From: an uncultured Enterobacteriaceae bacterium
GTDB lineage: Bacteria > Pseudomonadota > Gammaproteobacteria > Eutrophobiales > Eutrophobiaceae
Assembly (NCBI GenBank): GCA_964523895.1
Contig: CAZGBJ010000002.1
Span: 86,898 to 150,897 of the forward strand
Direction of reading: 5' to 3'
DNA length: 64,000 nucleotides
Numbering within the stretch: position 1 is the first letter of the stretch; every line of letters starts with the position of its first letter. The notes beneath the pieces were generated by a model, which saw only the letters and a program-made list of their open reading frames with translations, did no database searches and was not told where the DNA came from. Position numbers and translations under genes: made by a program. Shown in pieces: positions 11,119 to 21,101 of this stretch.

Positions 11119-12470
11119 TGCATATTCATATTCTAGGGATTTGCGGAACATTCATGGGCGGTATTGCCCATATTGCGCGAACCTTGGGTCATGAAGTGAC
11201 GGGCTCGGATCAAAATGTTTACCCACCGATGAGCGAGCAACTTGAACAACAGGGCATCGCGTTGATGCAGGGTTACAAACCAGAACATCTTGATCCGGTG
11301 CCCGATTTAGTTCTTGTTGGAAATACAATTTCACGTGGAAATGCCGCTCTAGAATATGTACTGAACAGACAGATTCCATATACATCCGGGCCAGAGTGGC
11401 TATATAAGGCTGCTTTACATAATAAGCATGTTTTGGCGGTATCTGGTACGCATGGCAAAACTACGGCGACATCAATCTTAAGCTGGATACTTGAATATGC
11501 TGGGTTAAATCCCGGGTTTTTAATTGGTGGTGTAGCAGAAAACTTTGGAATATCAGCACGTTATACAGATTCAGAATACTTTGTTATTGAGGCTGACGAG
11601 TACGATACGGCTTTTTGTGATAAACGATCAAAATTTGTTCATTATCACCCAAAAACGTTGATTATTAATAATCTTGAGTTCGATCATGCTGATATCTTTC
11701 ACGATATTGCTGCTATAAGACGCGAATTTCATCATTTATTACGTATTTTGCCGGAACAGGCTAGGGTCATATATCCAGAAAACGAGCCAGAGATAGAAAA
11801 TGTACTCGAAATGGGCTGTTGGACGCCGACGGTCAGTTTTGGCGAAGTAAGCGCTAACTGGTCAATTGTGTCTGCGGATGTCGATTATCGACACTTTAAA
11901 GTAGAGCATGATGGAGAACGGCTAGGTGAAGTAAATTGGTCTTTGATTGGAGAACATAATGCTAATAATGCTTTGGCAGCAATTATAGCGGCAGAGCACG
12001 TAGGTGTTTCGGTAGATAAGGCCTGCAAAAGCCTGTCTGAGTTTAAATCGGTGAAACGCCGTCTTGAGTGTATTTTCGACTCGAATAATACCCGTATCTA
12101 TGATGATTTTGCCCATCATCCGACAGCGATAGCTAAAACACTTGAGGCTTTACGACAGCACGCAGGAGATGCACGCATTATTGCTGTGATGGAACCTCGT
12201 TCAAATACAATGCGTATGGGGTTTCATGCTGAGACGTTGGCGGCTTCTTTTGATAAGGCAGATCAAATTTTTCTTTTTCAGGCAGACAACGTGGATTGGG
12301 ACATAGCAAAACATATGCATGAATTAGGTGATCGCTGTATGGTCTTTACCGATATAGAAACAATGGTTAATTTGATAGCTGAGCAACATCAGCAGGGAGA
12401 TCAGATTGTAATTATGAGTAATGGTGCATTTGCTGGAATCCACAAAAAACTGATCGACAAATTAAGCTGA
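11118..12470 (+). CDS. mpl: UDP-N-acetylmuramate:L-alanyl-gamma-D-glutamyl-meso-DAP ligase
   Basis: MHIHILGICGTFMGGIAHIA... with the Mur ligase P-loop SGTHGKTT. 450 aa. Confidence 0.9.
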   Translation: MHIHILGICGTFMGGIAHIARTLGHEVTGSDQNVYPPMSEQLEQQGIALMQGYKPEHLDPVPDLVLVGNTISRGNAALEYVLNRQIPYTSGPEWLYKAALHNKHVLAVSGTHGKTTATSILSWILEYAGLNPGFLIGGVAENFGISARYTDSEYFVIEADEYDTAFCDKRSKFVHYHPKTLIINNLEFDHADIFHDIAAIRREFHHLLRILPEQARVIYPENEPEIENVLEMGCWTPTVSFGEVSANWSIVSADVDYRHFKVEHDGERLGEVNWSLIGEHNANNALAAIIAAEHVGVSVDKACKSLSEFKSVKRRLECIFDSNNTRIYDDFAHHPTAIAKTLEALRQHAGDARIIAVMEPRSNTMRMGFHAETLAASFDKADQIFLFQADNVDWDIAKHMHELGDRCMVFTDIETMVNLIAEQHQQGDQIVIMSNGAFAGIHKKLIDKLS

Positions 12471-12473
12471 TTT

Positions 12474-13064
12474 ATGAAGATCCCTTTATTTCTTCTAAAT
12501 ACAGTCATTTTCCCTGAAGGAGAGCTTCAACTGAGGCTGTTTGAACCTCGATATATTGATATGGTTAGTGAGTGCCTACGTAAGGAGTGTGGTTTTGGTA
12601 TTTGTTTAATACGTGAGGGAGAAGAAGCAGGTCAACCGGCTGATTTTTTTTCTATGGGAACCTATGTAAAAATCATCGACTGGCAGCAAATGGATGATGG
12701 TTTACTGGGCATTTCGGTAGAAGGTGAACAGCGTTTCAGAGTAGAGAGTTTTAAGATTCAGCAAGATAATTTATGTGTTGGCGAGATCATCTGGTTGAAT
12801 GATGATGAGGATCTCTTACCTGTCTCTTATCAGGGATTTTCAGATTTATTAAAAGAAATAGGACATCGTTATAAATTACCTTTTGTAAAAGAACCAGAAC
12901 GATTTAATGAAGCAAATTGGGTTAGTGAACGTTTGGCAGAATTGTTACCGTTTGAGATGACTGCCAAGCAGGAATTATTGGAAATGGATAGTGCTTTGTG
13001 CCGTTTTGACTATATGCAGAGTATGTTGGAGAAAATTGATTCAGGTGATCTTGCTAATTCCTAG
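12474..13064 (+). CDS. LON N-terminal (substrate-binding) domain protein
   Basis: MKIPLFLLNTVIFPEGELQLRLFEPRYIDMV matches the Lon N-domain signature. 196 aa. Confidence 0.8.
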   Translation: MKIPLFLLNTVIFPEGELQLRLFEPRYIDMVSECLRKECGFGICLIREGEEAGQPADFFSMGTYVKIIDWQQMDDGLLGISVEGEQRFRVESFKIQQDNLCVGEIIWLNDDEDLLPVSYQGFSDLLKEIGHRYKLPFVKEPERFNEANWVSERLAELLPFEMTAKQELLEMDSALCRFDYMQSMLEKIDSGDLANS

Positions 13065-13092
13065 AGGTCTTAGCAAAAGCTCTTTTGAATAT

Positions 13093-13200
13093 TTATTGAA
13101 TAAACTAAATAAGTAGGGTCAGGTACAACTTTTTAGATATCTTAATAAGTAGAATACGAAAAGTTGTACCTGACCCTACTTATTCTTTATCGAATAAACT
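13093..13200. repeat. MITE-like element: 27-bp perfect terminal inverted repeats flanked by 9-14-bp direct repeats
   Basis: aataagtagggtcaggtacaactttt (13108-13134) is the exact reverse complement of 13159-13184. The flanking direct repeats are ttattgaataaact (13093-13106) and ttatcgaataaact (13187-13200). Confidence 0.4.
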
Positions 13201-14044
13201 TGTTAGAGTCAGGTTCGTCAATTATTGGATTTTTTAGAACGCCAATATTTTCAATTTCTATTCTTACTTCATCACCTGCTTTCATATATCCACGTGGTTT
13301 CATCTTAACGCCGACACCGCTACTAGTTCCAGTCGCAATGATATCTCCTGGCTCGAGCGTCATCACTTGTGATAAGTACTCAACTAAAAAGTAACAATCA
13401 AAAACCAGATGTTTGGTACTAAAGTTTTGTCTTAAATCCTCATTGACCCAGGTTTTTATATTAAGATTATGCGGATCACCAATTTCATCGGGAGTGATAA
13501 TCCAGGGGCCGACAGGGCCATGTGTATCAAATGATTTGCCTAGCGTCCAGGTATGCGAACGCATTTGCCAATCACGAACGCTGACATCATTTACGATGGT
13601 ATAACCACCTATAACACTTGCAGCTTCATCATAACTGATGTTCCTACAACGTTTACCTATGATGACACCAAGTTCGCCTTCGTAGTCTAGTTTTTCAGAA
13701 ACATTGGGTCTGTGGATGGCATCGCCATCACCAATCACACAGGTGTTTTGTTTATTAAAAAGTGTTGGATATTCAGGTTTCTCCAAGCCGGTTTCTTCAA
13801 TGTGATCCGCATAATTTAAGGCAACGCCAAAAAATTTTTCAGGTTTGATTATAGGGGCAGTTAGTTCAATATCTGTTAATTCGTAATGTGTATTATCTGA
13901 TAATTGAGCTGAAGTAATTTGATCTTCAAGAAACTTAATCATTCCTTGTTGGCCATAATATTTAGAGTCTTGTTCGATGATTTGCGAATCTTTTATGATA
14001 CCAACGCGATATGTTTCGTTGTGAATAAAGGTGGCTAATTTCAT
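13187..14044 (-). CDS. Fumarylacetoacetate hydrolase (FAH) family protein
   Basis: 285 aa with FAH-fold motifs (…GDGDAIHRPNVSEKLDYEGELGVIIGK…). Confidence 0.85.
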   Translation of the reverse strand: MKLATFIHNETYRVGIIKDSQIIEQDSKYYGQQGMIKFLEDQITSAQLSDNTHYELTDIELTAPIIKPEKFFGVALNYADHIEETGLEKPEYPTLFNKQNTCVIGDGDAIHRPNVSEKLDYEGELGVIIGKRCRNISYDEAASVIGGYTIVNDVSVRDWQMRSHTWTLGKSFDTHGPVGPWIITPDEIGDPHNLNIKTWVNEDLRQNFSTKHLVFDCYFLVEYLSQVMTLEPGDIIATGTSSGVGVKMKPRGYMKAGDEVRIEIENIGVLKNPIIDEPDSNKFIR

Positions 14045-14220
14045 TATTTAATTATACAGGTTTATAGGATTTTATTGAAAGTGGGGATTATTAAGACAAA
14101 TGGTAATTGAATCTTTGACTTTAAAGGATTTGAGTTTAATTACACCCTGGCAAGTAATAACTCACATTTACTTTAATTCTCATATAGAATAGCTCTTTTC
14201 CTAGTTGTGGGTCATGTCGC

Positions 14221-14757
14221 ATGATTCAAAAATTTCAAAACGATGATATTCTAAAAGGCTTACTGGCATTCTCTCCTTTTTTTCTGAGTATTACTTCATT
14301 ATTTATTGGTTTCAGTACGGCTCTGATCGTGCTCGTTCTTATTTTATTTTTTGTGCCGATGAACTATTTTTTACGCAAGTTGATTCCGCCACAACAGAGA
14401 CTCGCTTTTATTCTTGTTTTTGGTGTCTCCTCGATGTTAATAATCAGGATGTTTCTTGAGGCTGAAGTTTATTCGCTGGCGGAAAAAATAGGCTTGTTTT
14501 TACCTTTGCTGTTAGTGAATAGTATGGTTTTATCTATAAGCGAATCGGTTTATTCATTGCCTGACCTTAAATCTGTAATGGGTAAGGTATTCTCTGTAGG
14601 CATAGCTATTTTATTATTCTTTGTAATATTTGGCTTCTTACAAGAATTGTTAAATGAGGTTTCATTTTTTACATCACCTGCAGGCTACTTCCTTCTTTCA
14701 GGCCTTCTATTTGCAATGATTAATTGCTTCAATAGAAAAACATTAAAAAGTTTATAA
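14221..14757 (+). CDS. Rnf/Nqr-family membrane subunit (RnfA/RnfE-like), orphan
   Basis: LAFILVFGVSSMLIIRMF and GLFLPLLLVNSMVL resemble the conserved RnfA/RsxE segments (RTLAFILVIAVVVQ; GIFLPLITTNCAVLG). It lies immediately upstream of nth, as rsxE does in E. coli. Confidence 0.55.
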   Translation: MIQKFQNDDILKGLLAFSPFFLSITSLFIGFSTALIVLVLILFFVPMNYFLRKLIPPQQRLAFILVFGVSSMLIIRMFLEAEVYSLAEKIGLFLPLLLVNSMVLSISESVYSLPDLKSVMGKVFSVGIAILLFFVIFGFLQELLNEVSFFTSPAGYFLLSGLLFAMINCFNRKTLKSL

Positions 14758-14760
14758 GCA

Positions 14761-15405
14761 TTGAATAAAGAAAAACGAACACGCATCTTTAATATATTGC
14801 GAGAACAAAACCCTTCACCTACGACAGAATTAATCTATCAGACACCATTTGAGCTATTAATCGCTGTCATATTGTCAGCTCAAGCTACGGATGTTGGTGT
14901 GAATAAAGCTACAAAAAAACTTTATGCTATTGCTAATACGCCAGAAGCTATTTTTTCTCTGGGATTAAAGCAACTGAAATCATATATAAAAACAATTGGT
15001 CTTTATAATAACAAGGCGAAAAACATTATTGAAACGTGTCGAATTTTGATCGAAAAGCATAATGGCAAGGTTCCTCAGGATCGTGAAGCATTGGAAAATT
15101 TAGCAGGTGTAGGTAGAAAAACCGCAAATGTAATTTTGAATACGGCTTTTGGCGAACCTACGATCGCTGTTGATACACATATTTTTCGCGTCTCAAACCG
15201 TACAGGAATAGCACCGGGTAAAAATGTGGTTGAAGTTGAGAAGAAATTATTAAAGTTTGTCCCGGATGAATTTAAAAAAGATGCACATCATTGGCTAATT
15301 TTACATGGCCGATATACTTGTATTGCTAGAAATCCAAAATGTAATACTTGTCTGATCTTTGATGAATGTGAGTGGAAAGATAGGAGAAAGCATATATCCC
15401 CATGA
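14761..15405 (+). CDS. nth: Endonuclease III
   Basis: HhH-GPD motif and a C-terminal 4Fe-4S cysteine cluster (CIARNPKCNTCLIFDEC). Confidence 0.9.
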   Translation: MNKEKRTRIFNILREQNPSPTTELIYQTPFELLIAVILSAQATDVGVNKATKKLYAIANTPEAIFSLGLKQLKSYIKTIGLYNNKAKNIIETCRILIEKHNGKVPQDREALENLAGVGRKTANVILNTAFGEPTIAVDTHIFRVSNRTGIAPGKNVVEVEKKLLKFVPDEFKKDAHHWLILHGRYTCIARNPKCNTCLIFDECEWKDRRKHISP

Positions 15406-15482
15406 TAGCTATGAACACGCATTTCTAACTATCATGGGTATAAAACATTGATAATAAAGCGTAAAATATTGGTAATAACTAA

Positions 15483-15920
15483 TTGGCTGAAATTATGTTT
15501 GTGCAGGATCGAAATGAAGCTCGTGATTACTTCTTTCAGGTGTGGGGTAAGCACAAGAATAAACTTCCTTTAGAGCCCATCGAGGCAATAATATCGGACG
15601 TGATATTGGAGCATCCTGAATATCATCATTATCTGGATGATAAAGAAACTTCTTCTAATAGTGACTTTAAACCTGAGCAAAATAAAACAAATCCTTTTTT
15701 ACATATGGGGATGCATATCGCACTAAAAGAACAAGTCAGTTCTGACAGACCAGCCGGGATTAATAATGTGTTTAATCAATTGATGACTAAATCAATTTCT
15801 ATTCATGATGCCGAACATAAAATGATGGAATGTCTGGGTCAAAGTCTGTGGGAAGCGCAGCGTAATAACGCACTTCCTGATGAAAATAATTATCTGGAAT
15901 GTTTGAAAAGGATTTCCTGA
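15483..15920 (+). CDS. DUF1841 family protein
   Basis: The NPFLHMGMHIALKEQVSSDRPAGI and EHKMMECLGQSLWEAQR motifs are characteristic of DUF1841. Confidence 0.7.
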   Translation: MAEIMFVQDRNEARDYFFQVWGKHKNKLPLEPIEAIISDVILEHPEYHHYLDDKETSSNSDFKPEQNKTNPFLHMGMHIALKEQVSSDRPAGINNVFNQLMTKSISIHDAEHKMMECLGQSLWEAQRNNALPDENNYLECLKRIS

Positions 15921-17200
15921 TGGAAACTCGTAACGTATATGATCTGTTTAGAAAACACGAATCTCATTCGCTTGAAGAGCAACTGCAACTTTTAGTAGAC
16001 ATTGCGCGAGGGTTTTCGAGCAGCCTCGATATTTCCAAGACATTAAAAAATTCCATAGAAAAAATTATGGAATACATGAATGCTGAAGCAGCTTCGATAT
16101 TTTTATTAGAAAATAATGCGAGTGAACTTGTGTGTGCTGAATGCGCCGGGCCAGTTGATATTACGGGTCTAAGGTTATCAGCGGGACAAGGTATCGTCGG
16201 GAAAACTGTAGAGGTGGGTTCTTGTCAGATGATTCGTGATGTTCTTAACGATAAAAATTTTACCAAGACAGTCGATCTGGGCACTGGTTTTCAAACGCGT
16301 TCTATCCTTTGTTCGCCGTTGATTGTTAATAATGAATGTATCGGTGCACTGGAACTATTAAATAAAAAAAATGATGATTTATTTGACGAACAGGACAGAC
16401 AACTTTCGTCGACATTAGCTTCGTATGCTGCCTTGGCGATCCATAATGCACGCATGGCAGATGCACTGGTTGAACAGGAACGTATGCGTAAAGAACTTGA
16501 ATTGGCAAGAGAAATCCAGCTTGATCTTTTACCTGATGAGTCTAAAGCAACGAATTTTCCTGTTAAAGGTATGAATGTTCCGGCACTGGAAGTCTCTGGA
16601 GATTTTTATGATTTTTTTAAACGAGACGATGGTTTAATTTATTTCAATCTGGCAGATGTTTCCGGCAAAGGTATGAATGCTGCCATGTTAATGGCAAAAG
16701 CGAGTAGCTTATTGCATCACCTGGCCAAGAACATTGATGATCCAGGTGAATTACTGGCCAGGGTTAATGATGAAATTTGTGAAACTGTTTCGCATGGCAT
16801 GTTTGTTACTATTGTATCCGGATTCATTGATACCAGTAATTGTACCATTCAGTTTTCAAATGCAGGTCATCAACCACCATTATTCCATCATATTTCGGGT
16901 GAGTTCGAAGAATTAGAAGCGAGCGCACCGCCACTTGGAATTATTGCTGGAACAGAGTTTCCTGTTTCAACAATTCGTCTTGAGGGGGGCTCAGTTTATT
17001 TATTCACTGATGGCGTGACTGAGAGCATGGATGAAGATCAAAAACTATTAGATGTCGGTGGTTTGATTGAGCTGATTGAAGATAACTCGAGACTAACTGC
17101 ATCAAAGCGACTGGAAGATATAGTTGCAAAAATTATTCATCCAAGCGTTGACCAACGAGATGACATTACTTTAATGGTGATAGAGTGCTGTCTGAAATGA
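15920..17200 (+). CDS. GAF-domain PP2C-type (SpoIIE/RsbU-like) serine phosphatase
   Basis: N-terminal GAF domain (…GIVGKTVEVGSCQMIRDV…) and C-terminal PP2C/SpoIIE motifs (GDFYDFF…, DVSGKGMNAAM, FTDGVTE). Confidence 0.8.
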   Translation: METRNVYDLFRKHESHSLEEQLQLLVDIARGFSSSLDISKTLKNSIEKIMEYMNAEAASIFLLENNASELVCAECAGPVDITGLRLSAGQGIVGKTVEVGSCQMIRDVLNDKNFTKTVDLGTGFQTRSILCSPLIVNNECIGALELLNKKNDDLFDEQDRQLSSTLASYAALAIHNARMADALVEQERMRKELELAREIQLDLLPDESKATNFPVKGMNVPALEVSGDFYDFFKRDDGLIYFNLADVSGKGMNAAMLMAKASSLLHHLAKNIDDPGELLARVNDEICETVSHGMFVTIVSGFIDTSNCTIQFSNAGHQPPLFHHISGEFEELEASAPPLGIIAGTEFPVSTIRLEGGSVYLFTDGVTESMDEDQKLLDVGGLIELIEDNSRLTASKRLEDIVAKIIHPSVDQRDDITLMVIECCLK

Positions 17201-17613
17201 GTATTGAAACCTTATTTGAAGTTCGATTTCCGGCCAAAGCAGAGCGTTTATGTCTGATTCGTGCTTTAGTTAAAAGAACGGCTGAAGTAGTGGGTTGTTG
17301 TTCCGAACTATCGGATAGACTGGTGCTTGCTGTGAATGAAGCCTGCATGAATGTTATCCAACATGCCTATCAGGGTGATGAACTGGGTGAAATCGTGCTT
17401 GAAATGCTCAATAATAATGGGAAGCTTCATTTCAGGTTAGTGGATTACGCTAAGCCTATTGATCTGGATTCAGTTAAACCACGTGATCTTGAAGATATAC
17501 GTCCGGGAGGACTGGGAACACATTTTATCAATGAAATTATGGATGAATGTGATATGGGGCATCTTGAGGAAGGCAAGGGGAATTATCTCGAGATGATAAA
17601 AAAAATAAGTTAA
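17197..17613 (+). CDS. RsbW/SpoIIAB-like anti-sigma-type Ser kinase (HATPase_c)
   Basis: 139-aa GHKL ATPase fold (NEACMNVIQHAY, GGLGTHFINE). Its ATGA start/stop overlap with the phosphatase indicates translational coupling. Confidence 0.75.
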   Translation: MSIETLFEVRFPAKAERLCLIRALVKRTAEVVGCCSELSDRLVLAVNEACMNVIQHAYQGDELGEIVLEMLNNNGKLHFRLVDYAKPIDLDSVKPRDLEDIRPGGLGTHFINEIMDECDMGHLEEGKGNYLEMIKKIS

Positions 17614-17631
17614 CAAAAACGAGTATCAAGC

Positions 17632-17964
17632 ATGAATATCAGCTCAGAAGAAAAAGAAAAATATACGCTTATTGGATTGGAAGGTGATGTTGATTTGTCA
17701 TGTTCGCCTGATGCTCGCAAAAGTATTCTCGCTGTACTGGAAGAAAATAAAAGTCTGTTAATTGATCTCGGGATGGTCACATATATCGATAGTTCCGGTA
17801 TTGCCAGTTTGGTCGAAGGTTATCAAACCGCTAAAAAACAATCATTGAGATTTGGTTTAGTGGGTGTCAGTGATGCTGCAATGAGCGTCCTGAAACTGGC
17901 AAGGCTTGATAAAGTTTTTCCTATATTTGATTCATTTGAAGACTATGAAAAAGAGGATATCTAA
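17632..17964 (+). CDS. STAS-domain anti-sigma-factor antagonist (RsbV/SpoIIAA-like)
   Basis: 110-aa STAS domain with the conserved phospho-Ser context (YIDSSGIASLVEG). Confidence 0.8.
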   Translation: MNISSEEKEKYTLIGLEGDVDLSCSPDARKSILAVLEENKSLLIDLGMVTYIDSSGIASLVEGYQTAKKQSLRFGLVGVSDAAMSVLKLARLDKVFPIFDSFEDYEKEDI

Positions 17965-18056
17965 ACTTCATTTCTATACTCAAACCTATCTAAAAATGAA
18001 CTTACTAAAATGAGCCAAATGCTCAATTAATTAACGTAAAAACAGTAAGCTTATAA

Positions 18057-20318
18057 ATGAATGCCATTCTAAAATTAATTAAGAAACAGTATTTACGAAT
18101 ACTACTTAATTTATTAATTACCATTATATTTCTTTCCTTCGTAGGATCTTACGATGATTCTTCTGGCGAAGGGAAAAATTATCTTTCTATAATGGAAAAT
18201 ATTGCTTATGACTATCGTATTGCTTTAACGATGTCTAACACGGTTGATGAACGTATTGTTATTATCGACATCGATGAAAAGAGTCTTGCAAAAATAGGTC
18301 GTTGGCCATGGGGCAGAGATACGATGGCTAACTTAACGAACCAATTGTTCGATGTATATGAAGTTGACTTGGTTGGTTTTGATATTGTTTTTGCCGAAGA
18401 AGATAAAAGTTCTGGATTACATATCTTAAATAAGCTGGTTGACAATGAACTAAATGATCAAAAAGAATTTATACAACGTGTTACAGAATTAAAAGATGTA
18501 CTGGATTACGATCAATTGTTTCTTAATAGTTTGTTGAACAGAAAAGTTGTTCTTGGATATTATTTTAATCGTGCAATAGGTGAAGAAGGAAAACTGATAA
18601 GTGGTAAATTACCAGAGCCTGTATATTCATCTGAAGAATTGAATGACATTAATATCGACGCAAGAAGTGCAACAGGCTATGGATCAAATCTTCCTCGATT
18701 TCAATCGGGTAGCACGGCTGCAGGACATTTTAATCCATCGATCGATACTGATGGCGTAGTTAGAAGAATACCTATGCTGTATGAATATAATGGTGATTAT
18801 TATGAGTCACTTTCTCTTTCTATGGCTCGTTTATTACTAGATGTTGATGTCATCATTCCTGTTTTTGCAGGTTCGAGTGAAACGGGCTCAGATTATTTTG
18901 AACTTGAATCACTGCAAATAGGTGATTTGAACATCCCTGTTGATGAACATATCCAGGCACTGGTTCCCTATCGTGGACGACAGGGAAGCTTTAAATATAT
19001 CTCCGCAGTAGATGTAATAAATGGAAAAATAGAAAAATCCGAATTACAGGGTCGTATTATATTGGTTGGTACATCTGCGCCTGCTTTATTCGATATGCGG
19101 ACTACCCCCGTGGGTGAAATTTATCCCGGTGTTGAGGTTCACGCCAATATGCTAGCCGGAATTATTGATGAGAGTATTAAATTAAAACCAAAATTTATAC
19201 TTGCCGTGGAATTCATTCAAATATTATTTGTTGGTCTCATTCTTTCTTTCATAATTCCTTGTATTAGTCCGTTAATGGCGAACTTTGTTTTTGGAATATT
19301 TTTGGCAATATTAATCGGTTTTAATTTTTATATTTGGGAAACTGCAAACCTGGTACTACCGATCGCACCCTTATTGTTGATGTTGCTTACTTTGTATCTA
19401 TTTAATATGACGTTTGGCTTTTTTATTGAACGACGAGGTAAACGTGAGATTTCAGGACTATTTGGTCAATATATTCCGTCGGAATTGGTTGACGAAATGA
19501 GTGACAATCCAGCGGCCTGTTCGATGGATGCAGAAAACAGAAATATGACGGTGCTCTTTTCTGATGTGAGGGGCTTTACCACAATATCAGAGGGTCTTGA
19601 ACCGGCTGAATTATCAAATTTAATGAATGCGATTTTGACACCACTGACAGGTGTTATTCATCACAGCCGAGGCACGATAGATAAATACATGGGTGATGCC
19701 ATTATGGCATTTTGGGGTGCGCCACTAGAAGATGAGAACCATGCTCGACATGCATTGCAAGCTGGTTACGATATGATCGAGCGATTACAGGCACTGAAGC
19801 ATGAATTCAAGGAACGTGGCTGGCCGGAAATTAATATCGGCGTGGGTATTAATACCGGTGAAATGAGTGTCGGCAATATGGGATCGGAATTTCGTATGGC
19901 CTATACCGTACTAGGTGATACTGTTAATTTGGGTTCAAGACTGGAAGGACTAACTAAAAATTACGGTGTTGATATTATTGTTAGTGAGTCGACAAAAGAC
20001 GCCGTGCCTGAATATATTTATATGAAACTTGATCGAGTTAAGGTAAAAGGAAAAAACGAGCCTGTAACGATTTATGAACCAGTAGCACTAATAGATGAAA
20101 TTTCCCCTGATGAAGAAATTGAAATAGATGAATACGATAAAGCGCTTAATTTTTATTATAGTCAGGATTGGGGCAGGGCTAAAAGTAAGTTTAATCTTTT
20201 GAAGGAATCTTATTCAGAAAGAAAAATCTATGATATCTATCTTGAGCGAATAGAGAATTATATCAATACGCCTCCGCCAGAAAAGTGGGACGGTGTGTTT
20301 ACTCACACTACGAAATAG
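18057..20318 (+). CDS. CHASE2 sensor-domain class III adenylate/guanylate cyclase
   Basis: N-terminal CHASE2 (…AKIGRWPWGRDTMA…), TM helices, and a C-terminal CYCc domain (MTVLFSDVRGFTTISE…DKYMGDAIMAFWGAP). Confidence 0.8.
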   Translation: MNAILKLIKKQYLRILLNLLITIIFLSFVGSYDDSSGEGKNYLSIMENIAYDYRIALTMSNTVDERIVIIDIDEKSLAKIGRWPWGRDTMANLTNQLFDVYEVDLVGFDIVFAEEDKSSGLHILNKLVDNELNDQKEFIQRVTELKDVLDYDQLFLNSLLNRKVVLGYYFNRAIGEEGKLISGKLPEPVYSSEELNDINIDARSATGYGSNLPRFQSGSTAAGHFNPSIDTDGVVRRIPMLYEYNGDYYESLSLSMARLLLDVDVIIPVFAGSSETGSDYFELESLQIGDLNIPVDEHIQALVPYRGRQGSFKYISAVDVINGKIEKSELQGRIILVGTSAPALFDMRTTPVGEIYPGVEVHANMLAGIIDESIKLKPKFILAVEFIQILFVGLILSFIIPCISPLMANFVFGIFLAILIGFNFYIWETANLVLPIAPLLLMLLTLYLFNMTFGFFIERRGKREISGLFGQYIPSELVDEMSDNPAACSMDAENRNMTVLFSDVRGFTTISEGLEPAELSNLMNAILTPLTGVIHHSRGTIDKYMGDAIMAFWGAPLEDENHARHALQAGYDMIERLQALKHEFKERGWPEINIGVGINTGEMSVGNMGSEFRMAYTVLGDTVNLGSRLEGLTKNYGVDIIVSESTKDAVPEYIYMKLDRVKVKGKNEPVTIYEPVALIDEISPDEEIEIDEYDKALNFYYSQDWGRAKSKFNLLKESYSERKIYDIYLERIENYINTPPPEKWDGVFTHTTK

Positions 20319-20384
20319 GGGACTGAATCCAGGGGGCAGGATTTAGGTACTGCTCTGTTTATACTCAATTCCCTAAAAACTATC

Positions 20385-21077
20385 CTAGGCTGCAGTAAAC
20401 TCCATCTTGATACCCGCTAGCTCAATCAGATCACTGCCCTTTAATTGATACGCTTTTGCACCTATTTCTTCACCATTTACAACAGGAAAACTGCTGCCTT
20501 CAATATGTGTGAGAAAATAACCTTGGGGTCGACGAGAAATAACCGCAACCTGAGTTCCTGGTTTACCTAAGGTGATTAATGCCTTGGTTAATTCCAATTC
20601 TTTGCCTGCTATTGGTCCATTTAAGACCGTTAAACGACCGAGAGGCATTCCACCTCCGGCAGGTGCAGCAGTAGCAGGCGCCGCAGATTCAACCGCTTTA
20701 TCAGCAGCTTGTGCCGCAGCAACGGCAGCACTAGCTGAACCAGGCTTGATGATCATGGTTTTTTCAAAATCATCATCATCCGCAGTTGCGTGTTCATTGA
20801 CGTATTTCAGTTCATGCTTACCAATAGCAATCACGTCACCATCTTTAAGTGCATGTTTTTTAACAAGCTTACCGTTTACGTAGCTGCCGTTCGTGCTACC
20901 AAGATCTTCCAGGAAAGAATCGTCGAGTATTGTTATAACCAGCGCGTGTTTACCACTAACCGCCAGGTTATCGATTGGAATGTCATTGTCAGGTTTACGC
21001 CCAATGGTCAATCGCTCTTGAGTGAGTTCATATTCACCTTGAACAACACCATTCATGCTTAGAACTAACTTAGCCAT
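20385..21077 (-). CDS. FHA-domain protein (N- and C-terminal FHA-like domains joined by an Ala-rich linker)
   Basis: LTIGRKPDNDIPIDNLAVSGKHALV… is an FHA signature. A second FHA-like segment lies at the C-terminus. Confidence 0.8.
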   Translation of the reverse strand: MAKLVLSMNGVVQGEYELTQERLTIGRKPDNDIPIDNLAVSGKHALVITILDDSFLEDLGSTNGSYVNGKLVKKHALKDGDVIAIGKHELKYVNEHATADDDDFEKTMIIKPGSASAAVAAAQAADKAVESAAPATAAPAGGGMPLGRLTVLNGPIAGKELELTKALITLGKPGTQVAVISRRPQGYFLTHIEGSSFPVVNGEEIGAKAYQLKGSDLIELAGIKMEFTAA

Positions 21078-21101
21078 AGCTAATTGCTATCCCCGTATTT
21101 C

